Assembly (NCBI GenBank): GCA_051362555.1
Contig: CM120648.1
Coordinates: forward strand, 14,380,587-14,444,586
Reading direction: 5' to 3'
From: Lingula anatina
Taxonomy: Eukaryota; Animalia; Brachiopoda
Length of the DNA stretch: 64,000 nucleotides
Shown: piece after piece, positions 12,259 to 25,300 of the stretch
How positions within the stretch are numbered: the stretch's first letter is position 1
How the letters are laid out: each line of letters begins with the position of its first letter
The notes under the pieces: generated by a model
Told to the model about the DNA's origin: nothing
Databases searched by the model: none
The model's input: only the letters and a program-made list of their open reading frames with translations
Made by a program: the position numbers and the translations under genes

Positions 12259-15200
12259 AATAGAGCTGTTCTTCTAATTTGGGCTGTATGTCAATCCTAA
12301 GAATCATTCTTGTTAAAAAAAATACAGAAAATGTTACAAAGTAACAGTACAGGGCTCCTGGTGGATGGGAGTGATAAGTCACATCTTGAAAATGCCAGTT
12401 TGAAAAATGAAAAATTAAAAAAGAAAAAATTACAAAAATATTCCACTAAAGCTGCCATTCAGTCTAGTTGCACTACCATGATATGAATCATCCAACTTGA
12501 GTTTAAGCTGTGTAAACAACTCACAGAAATATATTTGTTTTATCACACAAGGCACCAAAGCTGTCAAATGTACAGACAAAAAACAAAAAATAAAAATGCA
12601 GAAAATAGGATGCTGTTAATTCTGATGCACTTATGTATTATGCTTAACTACAGCCAACATCAAATTTTAATTCTGCACAACAGTGGATCAGGATGAAAGT
12701 AAAATGTGTAACAAGCATTAGACTGAATTCCCATACCTACATCAATCTACGAGGATCAATCCAACTCCAAGGGGTTTCTCACTAAATTGCCTTCAGCTTA
12801 AGCGGCTTAGGATTCTGGCATGCTAGTTTCAGTAGAGGTGACAGACAGCTAAGCCACTTACATTAATTGCAATTTAGCGCGTGATAGGGTCTGGAAATGG
12901 TCCCTAAGGCTTCAGGCTGATAAGAGTTCAAGACACTTTGGAAATGCCCGAATGAGAATAAGTGAAAATTTCACAAAAAAATTGCTTAAACTCAATAAAA
13001 AAATAATAATAACAATAATATATATATAAGAAATTGTAAAATAAAACATAACAAAAATTCCAATAAAGCTGCTATTCAAACTTTTAAGCTGTATAATTAC
13101 TAACATGATTTGAATAACCCTATTGAGTTTGAGAATAATACTGCACTGTTATTCATCTTTAGCATTAATGTAAACGTTACACAAAATTTTTCTTTTGTAA
13201 AATTATTTTCAATATTAAATAACATTTACCTGCATAATAATCATCGATTCCTAATTATGTGACACAATCAAGAGAGCTAAACCTGTGGGACTTTACAATG
13301 AAATCTCAACGTTTGTTTTATGTAATCTCATTTAATGGCCACTTGAAAATTAATTAAGCAAATTACTTTATAACCCTAAAATAACTCGAAAAATTAATTA
13401 AGCAAATTACTTTATAACCTGAATTAACATACTGCCCGCTATCCATATACATTTATTGCACCATATAGCACTCTATAGAACTGCATTGCTTCCAAAACAG
13501 AAACAAACACACTGGTTTTCCAACACAAGCTGCACTTCAGTCTTATGAAACTTTTCAGTAAATTTGAGTATCATAAGTAACATGGTTTTCCCTTAATCGC
13601 TATCCTGGCAGCAGTGTCCAAAATAGGGTTTTCTTCAATTTTCATGCAATATAACATAATACTTAATAGCATAATGACCATAAATTTTTTTATAAAAAAA
13701 TAAAAGTATCATGGATATTCAGAAAATGTGATATGGGAAGGTCATCAAGGCCATGGAAGTTCAGAGTCACACTTTAAAAATGCCAAAATGTAAACAAGAG
13801 ATAACTGTACTGAAATGATTTTCTTTCCATTTTCAACACCTTTTTTACATTAAACAAAATAATCAATTTATTGTCATTTTTAAATGATCAACTAGGAAAA
13901 TTGTTGACATAGGAAAAATATCAATAGAACAATTTCAAATGTCCAATTTGCTCCATTCGGAGATTCTGAACATAGTGAATGATTGAATCTGACGAACTAC
14001 AATGATGAGTTCCTTTCCACTTTTGATACTTTATTACACAATGCACGATAACAGGTTTACCGTCATTTTTATATAATCAACTAACAATATTGTTAAGAAG
14101 CAGAAAATGTCAAAACAACACTTTTACACATCTAATTAGTTCCATAATGAGACTGTTAACATGCCTAAGAATTAAATCTGAAGAAAAACCACTTATATAC
14201 AAAAAGGCTAATAACTTCATCAAAACTCAACTGATTAAGCTCATTTTCAAACTTGATCTGTATACTGGTCAGACTGATCACTCCTGTGAGTTGAAAGGCA
14301 AAAGGCTGATTTGTTTTCCTTAAAATGCGTCATCAGTGTTGCATATATGCTGAATAAAGGAAAAAACAGCATAATTTTTGTAAAAGCCAATTTTCTCCAA
14401 TCAAGCCAATTTTCGAACTTGACCTGCGCATTATGAATATTCATCAGTTCTATAAGTTTAAAGCCTAAAGGTAAAACAGTTCTTAACTTATCGCGTTATC
14501 TGTATTGCATATATGTTGAAAATAGTGAAAAAACAGCATAACTTCCCTAAAAATGGCCCGATCATGCTGATTTTCGAACTTGACCTGCGCATTATAAATA
14601 TTCATCAGTTCTGTAAGTTTCAAACTAAAAAGTAAAATGGTTTTCCACTTATGGTGTTAACGGTGCTGCAAATGCAAATGCATCCATAGTCATTGCAATA
14701 AAAGGAACCCTTGTATGTTGTCTGCTACAATATTGTTTCGCTCACTACACAAGAAGCATAAATGACACAAATACTTTGTAAATATGATGAAAGCCTTAGT
14801 TAATCTAAAATGTTTTTTGGCAATTTGGAAACTTATTTAGCAAAGAGACAAATGTTCCCTTATATTTCACTAATTTTCTCATTTTACCAAGACTGATAGT
14901 AAACTGATAGTAATTCTTGAAGAAACAAAAGATCAAATGATAGCTAGGCTTTTGAGATCAATCTTGGTAAAATTGCTGCTTTTTTAATTCTGATTTAATA
15001 TATATGACTTCTTATTTGTATTCTAGTCATTATGGGTTAATCTCTTTTAGTATAGGAAATGAAAGGGGTATAAAGTTTGAAAAGTGCATCAGGAGGTCAA
15101 AGGCGACATGCAAGATCACATTTGGATTTCCAATACATTATTTCCTATTCAACTTTAAGGATGCTGTCTCTAAATTGACAATATCATTTTTGCCCTAGTA

Positions 15201-18200
15201 AATTGATAAAAAGGTAGCAAAGCTGTCAAATGTACAGACAAAAAGCAGAAAATAATGCAAAAAATAGGCTACTGTTAATTCTGATGCAAAAATACATTAA
15301 GCTTAACTGCAAATTCAACATCAAATTGTAATTATGCACAACAGATAATACCAATGTTAGTAAAATGTGTAACAAGCATAAGGCTTCAGGCCCACGAGAA
15401 TTTCACAAAAAAAGTCAATAAAAAAATGATAATTCAATACAGCAGGTTTTCTAATTTGAACTGTATATCAATCCTAAGAATGATTCTTGTAAGTTAAAAA
15501 AAAACTAGAGGATCAGAGAGGCGATACCGCCTCTGGATATTGTACCACCAGCTGGAGTAAGCACATTCGTAAGGACACCCCCCAAAAAAAATAATAAAAA
15601 AAAATTGGACACCACCACCAGTCTTGTGCTTGACAAGCTCTATAAAATGCAATAAACAAGAGTTCTCAAAATATGCACAAAAAAAAAAAAAAAAAAAAAA
15701 ATCAAAAAAACATAACAGTTAAAATGGTCCAATCAAGGAGATGTTCAAATTGACCTATATTTTCCTAACACTGATCACTCCTGTGATTTTCTAGACAATA
15801 GGCCTATTGGTTTTCCTTGAAATGCATTATCAGTATTGCATATACCGGTATGCTGACAAAAGAGAAAACCTAGGGACAACACTGAGCAGATCTCTGCTAG
15901 TTTTGAAGATATGAAGGGCACGAAAATATGCAGAGTTCAGTTTGTGGTAAAAAGGTAGGTCAAAGGTCAATTTCAAGGCCACAGTATATGACTTCCTATA
16001 AAGGTTCAATAGTAGCTATGGGCATTTCTTTACCAATGTTGGAGATATGAAGGCCAGGAAACATGCAAAGTGCAGTTCAACATAAATAGTAGGTCAAAGG
16101 TCAATTTCAAGGTCACAGTAAGATTGCCAGTTTATGACTTTCTATTCAAGTTCAATAGTAACTTTGGACCTATCTCTGCCAGTTTTCGAGATATAAGGGA
16201 TAGAAAATTTGCAAAGTTCAGTTCATGTTGAAAAGTAGGTCAAAGGTCAATTTCAAGGTCACAATAAGAATGCCAGTATATGACTTCCTATTCATGTTTA
16301 ACAGTAACTATGGGTGTATCTCTGCCAGTTTTGGAGATATAAGGGCTGGAAAATTTGCAAAGTTCAGTTCATGGTGAAAAGTAGGTCAAATGTCAATTTA
16401 AAGGTCACAGTTAGATTAACAGTATATAACTTCCTATTCAAGTTCAATAGTAACTATGGGCTTATCTTTGCCAGTTTTGGAGATATAAAGATCAGAAAAC
16501 TTCAAAGTGCAGTTCATCATGAAATGTAGGTCAAAGGTCAATTTCAAGGTCACAGTTAGATTACCAGTATATGACTTCTTACTCAAGTTCAATAGTAACT
16601 ATGGGCATATCTCTGCTAATTTTGGAATATTTATCATTTTCCCCACTGAATATTGCAATGTTGTAATTTTTGATATAGCGCAATGCCTAAACCATATCGA
16701 AAACAAAAAAATGGACACCACCTCCAGTATTGCACTTGACAAGTTCTACAAAATGCGATGAACAAAAGGTTTCTGGCATTTACCATTCCAGAATAAAAAC
16801 AAGTTTTCAGTTTCGGGATCTAATGGCTGCTTCTCCCGTGAAAATGCACCGATTGACCCCAAACTCCCAAAGATGAAAGGAGTCCCCAATTGTAACCCCT
16901 CACTGTAACAGGAGAGCTTAGATCTGTGTAGTTTCCAAAAAATAGCACAAACAAATATTTTTTTGCAGAAAATTCCCATTTTTTAGAAAATTTTGGCTTG
17001 TTTGACCTTGAAAAAAAGGTCAAAAGTCAAATCCAAGGGCATATTTGGAATCTCCACATATGAGTTTCGGTCAGACTTCTGTAGTAATTTTTCCCATAAT
17101 TCCTTTGGTTTGGGAGATATTTAGCCTTGAATTTTCAAAAATTTTGACAAGGGTGCGTTTCAACAAGTGTCACGCCCAGGCCAATGCACCGACAGAGATA
17201 AAAAAACAGGGTGTTCAAGTTGAGATTATATGTGACCTAAATCCAAGAGATGGGGACACAGGTCCTGGCGGTCTAGGAGGAGAAGCGGTAACAGTGACTT
17301 GTTTCCGGCGCCCGACTGCGGAGCCGCAGGAGCCGGCGGAGCCGGCGGAGCCAGCGGAGCTGTACGAGACGGGTCGGGACTAAAACCATGAGTACCGCCA
17401 GCGTATACGCTGGTGGTACTAATAATGAGTAACAGTTTTCTTTTCATAATGTTTCTGGTGGCAGTGCACAAAATAGGTTTTGTTGCAGTATTACATAATG
17501 ATTAAAGGTATAATTACCACCAATTTTTAATTGTCTAGTATAAATAACATGGACACTATGTTTTTTTCTTAATGGCAGCAGTGTCCAAAATAGGGTTTTC
17601 TTCACTTTTGATGCAATATTGCATAATCCGTAACAGCATAATTACCATCAATATTTTATGATCAAATATAAGTATCATGGATATTCAAAAAACGTGACTA
17701 GAAAAAGTCTTCAAGCCAATGAAAGTCACACCTTGAAAATGTTAATATGTGAAGAATAAAAATTTCACAAAATACTATATTACTTTTAGAAAAATTACCC
17801 AATCAGACTGGTTTTCCAACTGATGCTGTATTTAAGTCCTATGTTTCTTTACTGTAAGTTTGAGGACAGTAAGTGGCATGGTTTTCCTTTAACAGTCACT
17901 ACTGCAACAGTGCCCCAAATGGGTTTTCTTCAATTTTGAGAAAATATAACATTAATGCTTAACAGTATAATCACCACCAATCTTTAATTAGGCACTGCAG
18001 GTAACATGGATATTTAGAAAATGTGACTAGCAAAGACCCATGGAAATTAAATTCACACCATGTAAACGAGATAACTGTACTGAAATCAGTTTATTTCCAT
18101 TTTCATTACTTTTTTTACATAAAACAAAATAACTCATTTACTCTCACTTTTAAAGGATCAACTAAGAAAATTGCTAAGATGGGAAAAATATCAACAGAAC

Positions 18201-21200
18201 AATTTTAAATGTCCATATGCTCCATTCTGAGATTCTGAACAAAGTGAATGAGTCAATCTGACAAACTGCAGTGAAATGAGTTTATTTCCATTTTGACACT
18301 TTATTACACACTAAAGTTAACAGGTTTAGCATAATTTTTATATAAACAGCAACAAAATCATAGAAAATGCCAAAAAATGTCTGCCCTAGCATTATCTATG
18401 CAATTTGGATATTATATTTCATAGTTCTTCTTGTTTTAAATTTCATATGTATATAAATATATATTTACCTTATATCCTTTTTTGAGAAGTACATGAGCTA
18501 TATCCTGGCCTGAATGCCCTATGTCCCACACATTTATGCTGATTTGATTGTCTGGCATGTTATACTGGTCCTTGTGGACAATGTCTTTGTCACTTTTCTT
18601 GATTGCATCCCATAATATTACATCTACTTGATACTTTGCTGAAAGAAAATCAAAAGCTATACTCCTACCAACTTCCTATCAGCTTCAAATTTAATGCTCT
18701 ACAGTTTGTATTCCCTGTAATATAGTTCACTTTTCCATTCTTGGCACATATACAGAGTTTAACCAAATATTACATGTTACCAAATACCTATGCAGACATG
18801 ATGAAACTCTCGGTCTGATCGGTCATGACCGGGAAAATTTGTCTGGACCGGTATAAAATTGGACTTGGTCGGTACAAAGTACCGACAAGAGTTTTAAGAA
18901 CCACAGTTTTGAATTTACATTCATCATTCGACATACTTCACTAATAAAATTATATGAAACCCAAAGCGTTTTTCCCCTCCATTTCAAACCTATCACATTC
19001 ACAAACAAAGTAAGTTACTTAATCATACTGGAAGTATCTGTCTCAAACGAATAGACAATTTTTCATTACTGTCGGTCTAAATGTCCGGCCATTCTGAAAA
19101 GTTTTCAGCATGTCTGCTATGTGACATATTTCCTTTATGAGGCACAATAATTAGCCCTAACTGAACAATTTAAATTGCACAATATAATTTATCTTATGAA
19201 AACCAATTATTAAAGTGTTCCTCCAATGGCAACCTCCACACTGACTCACCCACACTACTCAACTAGACAGCTAATTGCACAACACTATTTCTTTCCTCAG
19301 TGTAGAAAACATATTATTGCCAAATGAATGTCAACTTCAAACAACTACTTTTCCTACCAAACTTAAAATGCACTACATGCACTACTTTCAAGTGACAATC
19401 TACCAATCTACAAGCATACAAGGTTTTTAGCAGCATATGTACACCATTTCACACAAACACACTCACATAAACACACATACTACCCAATGTTATCCCCACC
19501 TACACATTCCATCACCAATTGCAATAAATAGGCCTGCACACGTTAATTGAGTGCTCGACTGCATGTGCTGACTTTTTCCTTCTGACTGTGCAACTCATGG
19601 ACATTTTACACAGGAGCCAGAGGAAAGATGGCTGATTTCAATACAGTGTTATTAACCTAAGATATTGTATCTAGGGCCAAACTACCAAACCCTAGTGCTG
19701 AGATACAAACTAGCATTGTTATAAAATGATTATAACTTGTTACAGACTTAAAGTTAGAGGGAAAAGATTTGACAGCATGCCACTGTACACATGAACTTGT
19801 GTCTGTGGAGCACTAAATTGTGTTGTAAAATTCTCATAAAACATGTTGCTAGAAAATTTCCCAACTAATTTGAAGAGCAGAGACACTTCAGCTATCAACA
19901 AAGGTGCAATGTAGAAAATCAAATCAAACTTTTGGGAAATGAAGCAAAATACACCTCAGGATGAACAAGATATAATTGTCACACTAATTTCACCAGCTGT
20001 CAGGGTAAATCTATTCATTGCTGAAGTGTCAGAGCATTATCTGATAGTTTGTTATAGACTGTGAAAATTTCTAAAACTTGGTATAGTTTATAAAATTACA
20101 AAAACCAATAACAGAAGAATAAAATACAGTTTGTTATAGTGACAAGGGTACTGCTCTGGCCACTTGAACCTATTTGTCATCATAAGGTATCATGTTTCCC
20201 AAGGACAGCAATCCATTCAACCTTGTGGTCAGAGACAACATCTTCTGTCTGATCTGTCTGATAGTCTCCAGTCTGGTTGGCCAAAAGCTAACAGTAAAAG
20301 CTTGTGCTCAATAACCTTACTATTATGTTATCATACTACTAATGAACATTTCCCCTGGGCAACAATTATAATGAATAAAAATAACAAGGATAATAGTAAT
20401 AACACATCAAATGTCAATTAACTATTAATAAATTATAATCAATTCATCATTAAATTTCTTTTTTCCAAAGCTTGCATCAAATACTTGGCCAGTTCCTTGG
20501 TTATGATCATCATAATAAATTGCAATGTTAGGTCTGTATCATTATTAGATGTATACTAGCCAATCATTGGGTCTATAAAATGTTTTCTACGCATGTGAGT
20601 GGCCTTGGAAACCTTCTGTATATTGAACTTCTCATTTTAAGTCTTCAATATAATTGAATCTACAACTTGCATTTTTCCAGATTGGTTTGACACACCCCCT
20701 AAAAAAACATCTGTCATATACTGCCTGTCAGCTTGAGTAAGGTCAATTTTGTATGTGGCCTAAGCAACATGATTATTAACCACAGCAGTGACTATCAAAT
20801 TTGTCAATGAAATGAAAAATAATTACAGTTATAGACAAGTATCTGTCACCTTCCCCACAGTTAACAGTATGTGCCTGGTCATAGAAATATCCAGTCTCCA
20901 CAGGTGACACCTTGCAGAGCCAGTGAGCAGAATCCACCGTTTTGCTAAAAATAGCATTGTCACGCAACTCTACTGCTAACATATTCAACAATGAAAAAAT
21001 AGTGATTTACTCATATTTACTTCAAAATTACTACTCATACTTACTTCAATATTACATATTACATAAGACTGCTACACCACACTCTTAAACATAATAATCT
21101 GCCTTGGGCCTCAACGATTTTTTTTTTCAATTAAGTAAATGTTGTCCTTACTACTACTTCTGTACATTTCATCACAGTATCAATGACTTTTTATCATAAT

Positions 21201-22333
21201 TTGCCAATGAAGAGGTAAGAAATATACAGACCTGTTATATTAATAATTTTCTCAGCAAACATCTGCCTGAGTTCTTCTCTTGATTTCCCCATCTGCATAC
21301 AGACAGTTGACTTCTCCCATGCGCCCCGAGGTACCTCATCACCTCCTAAATGTATAGTCTTGAGAGAGTTATGTCCCTTGTGTAAATCTATCACAGATTT
21401 AATCACATGCTCAATAAAGACATATGTGGAGCTAAGGCATGGGTTCATAACGTTTTCTGTAAATAGCTGCACTGAAGAGAATTCTGAGTCATCATTAAAG
21501 TCATTGAGCAGGTATTTTGAAGCTTTTTGGGGATCTTTTGATATGTATTTGTCATATCTTAATAACATTGACTGGATGGCAGCATGTGCATGAGCTGGCA
21601 TATCAAATTCTGGGATGATTTCAATATGGCGATGAGCAGCATAGTCTAGAATTTCCTGATAATCTGAGGTTGTGTAAAAACCACTTCCAAGACCCGTAGC
21701 TTCAGGACCAGATCCAAGTTGTGGCATAAGGCATGCAACTTTGGTAGGATCATGGCAACGCCTGGCTCCAATCTAAACATAATAAACAAAGAATCAACAT
21801 AATGCCCAAGTTTTCAAAGAAATAATGAAAAAATAAGATGCCTAATTTACAAACCATATCGAAAACAGTCAACTATCAATGGCTGACAGTAATCTCTAGG
21901 ATATCACAGACCTTGTATACATTTGCATTGGAACATGCTTAGCATTTAATGAATTTAAATTAAAGGGATAACAACTGTCCGTATGATATCCACATTTTAC
22001 AATAAATGCATTGTAAACAACTTATAGAAATATAATAGATTCTATTTTACCGTCAATACAGCAGTTCACACAATTATTCTGGAATTTTTGCTTGCTATCA
22101 CATCACGTGACTTCCATAGATGGCTATACTCTGTAATAATCTCTTAAGAAAATATTACAAAAATGAAACTTTTTAGAAAAAAAAAACAGGGACTAACTTT
22201 AAATGTTGGAATGGATTCATTTACCATTGGTAAGTATGGGGAAATTGTCCTTTACTCCAGGGAAATCTATTTTTTTGCAAAAATGAACAGCTGTTATCCC
22301 TTTAATTGGAAATTATAGGTAAAATTATGTAGG

Positions 22334-22378
<45 letters not shown>

Positions 22379-25300
22379 AGTATAGTAAAATCATTTTCTA
22401 TTAGGAATTTTAAACTCAACTGAGTGAACAAGAATGAGAGAATGTGAGAGAAAGTTATTAGTTAACTTGAGATTAATGTGTCTTGTACTTTCTGTTTCTT
22501 TTCTTAGAATACCAAAAAATTTATAAATGAAACACTGCAACTAGAAGAAAAAAGTTTCAATTAAATAAAACTAAGTTTTTAATAAATAAAACTAGATCAA
22601 GAGAATTCTAGCATCCAGCCCCCCCCCCCCCCCCCCCCCAACCATTGTTACCACCATTCCTTCCATCTGAAAAGGTCTTAATCTTCAACTTCAGATCACA
22701 AATTATCTAACATGGTCCTAATCATTAGAGATGTGGTCCTACCATGGGCTGACTCAGTCTGCTTTTTTGATTAAATATCATCTTACTTTGAATAAGCAAA
22801 GCCAAGTTTTTTTTTAAACAAATATTAACACAGGGCATTTACAACAATGAGAGACAAAGACACCTTCCACACACCGCTCACACAATGAAAAAAACTCTTA
22901 CAGATGATGACTTAAAATACAAGTAAAAATTAGTAAGAGTAAGAGAATCTCAGTAGGCTATGACACATGATCTTTTCTATTCATATGAATATTTTTTTCT
23001 GTGCTTTCCCATTTCTTCCTTAGATCAACTGCCTTTTAAGGACCCAGGAGGTATAAAGACTGAAAATCTATTTTTTTGCTTCTCCAAATACTTTTTGCAG
23101 GGATCCCAGAGTGGTTTAATTTTATTCTGCCTGCATAGAGTGAGATATTTCTTTATATGAAGGAGTAGAGTATGCAAGAGCTGTTATCCAATAATCCAAA
23201 TAGAAACAGGCAAGAGTTTTGTTCTAATTCAACAGGGCACTGTGTGCGTAGGTTCTGAATGAAACAAGTTCAAATGAAATCCCAGAAAATATGCAATAAA
23301 GTCTCTTTTGGGGCATTACAGAAAGTGCATCACTCGTTTTTTCCACTTAATGTGTTACCTGCATTGCACATATGCTGAAAAAAAGCTAAAAACAACATAA
23401 ATTTTGGAAATATGGCCCAATGAAGCTGTTTATTTAACTCAACCTGTGTTTTAATAATATTCCTCAGTTCTGAAAACAAAAGGTCAAACGGTTTTCTGCT
23501 CATTGTGTTATCTCTGAAAGAGAACGGCAACAACAGGTGATGGCCATGTGTACAGGCATGATGTATCTGTGCATAAAAAATAATCCACTGAGAGTTTTTT
23601 CACTTATACCTGTATGTTAGTAATGTGATCACTCCTGTAGGTTTTAGGACAATGGGCTTATTGGTTTTCCTTTAAATGTGTTTTCTGTATTGCATACAGT
23701 AAAATATATGCTAAAAAAATACATCATTTTTTAAACAATGGACCAGTCAAGCTGATATTGGATCTCAAGCTGTATTTTACTAATATTCATCAGTTCTGTA
23801 AGTTTGAAGACAAAAGGTCAAACAGTTTTCCACTTATCATGTTACCTCTGAAAGTGCATGGTGACCACAGAAGCAGATTATGACTTTATGTACAGACACT
23901 ATATGCCTGTGCAAAATAAAAAGAAAACTTCTACAAACCTCAGTTAATTCTGGAAGACCTGGAATCTCCAGTCTCCAACCCTCATCATCTGACAAATGGA
24001 AGTGTAACTTATTCATCTTATACTTAGACATAGCCTGCAGCGTCCTTAGAATGACATCCTTTTGGAAAAAATTCCGTGATACATCAATGTGTGTTCCTCG
24101 ATAAGAAAACCTTGGTGCATCTTGGACTTTTAACTGTGGAATATTCCCTTGTTCATCCATAGTTGAATATATGGTCTGCATAGCATAAAAAACCCCAGCA
24201 GTTGATGGTGATGTGACCTCAATTCGCTCATCTTGTGCACTGACATCAATTCTGTATGCTTCTTTGCTGTGTATTGCCTTCCCCTGTATAATGACATCAA
24301 CTGGGCCCTGTCTGATGCGTATGACTTTCTTGCCTGGATCATCTTGTGACAGAGGAAGGAGCATTCCTGGAGAAGAATAAATAAAGGTTGTATAATACTA
24401 AACAGAGCAGTTATTGCTGTTAAAGGAGTAATTTTCTTTATTCCTCATTTCTGACAATTTTCACAAGTCTCAGTCATTTTCTTCTTTGGCTATCCATTCA
24501 AGTTTACTCCAAAGCCTACAGTCACTGTAATGCTGGTATATGGCATGATTTGTGTTACAATATTCAATAAATATATATTTCATTCACTTTAAAGTTTGTT
24601 ATCCAATGTTTCAAAATTTTATGCAATATTCTTTTTTTTTTTCATTCAATGTTGTTTCATTTTTTACTGCAATACTTTTTTTTTCATTCAATGTTGTTTC
24701 ATTTTTTATGCAATAATTTTTTTCATTCAATTTTGTTTCATTTTTTCATGCAATGGTTTTTTATTTTATTTCAATGTTGTTTAATTTTTTATGCAATAAT
24801 TTTTTTATTCAATGTTGTATCAACTTTTCACGCAATGTTCTTTTTTTTTCATTCAATATTGTTTCATATTTTTATGTAATATTCTTTTTTTTTTCATTCA
24901 ATGCTGTTTCAAATTTTTATGCAATATTTTTTTTTATGTACAGACACAGATGTGTCTCTACATATTACCCCCCCACCTGCATCTGTCGTTGTCGTTGACT
25001 CCATGCGCTTTCATCGATAACACAATAAGTGGAAAGCAGTTTTACCTTTTGGTTTTAAACTTACAGAACTGATAAAAGCTCATAATACACAAGTTGAGTT
25101 CAAAAATCAGCATGATCCGTCCTTTTTTCAAAAGTTATGCTGTTTTTTTTTTCACTTTTTTCATCACATATGCAACACCAATAACATGATATATGGAAAA
25201 TCATTTTACCCTTTGGGTCGAAACTCTTGAGCTGATAGCAATTTAGCATGAACCCCCAGGGAGTTTGGTCGATCCAGATGGATCGATTTAAGTATGGGAA

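Larger units (their letters stand above)
15208..18370 (-). mobile_element. HINE-A copy interrupted by HINE-B
   Basis: Left end aaggtagcaaagctgtcaaatgtacagaca; the family A body resumes after 17423. Confidence 0.68.

Noticed and set aside
15880-16625. 146-bp period as evidence of nucleosome positioning
   Set aside because: The match to core length alone is not evidence, and one unit is 134 bp.
20776-20991. ORF as the missing hexosaminidase exon
   Set aside because: It has no GH20 motif. Exon 18638-18469 supplies the expected Trp residues and GYK and fits both phases.
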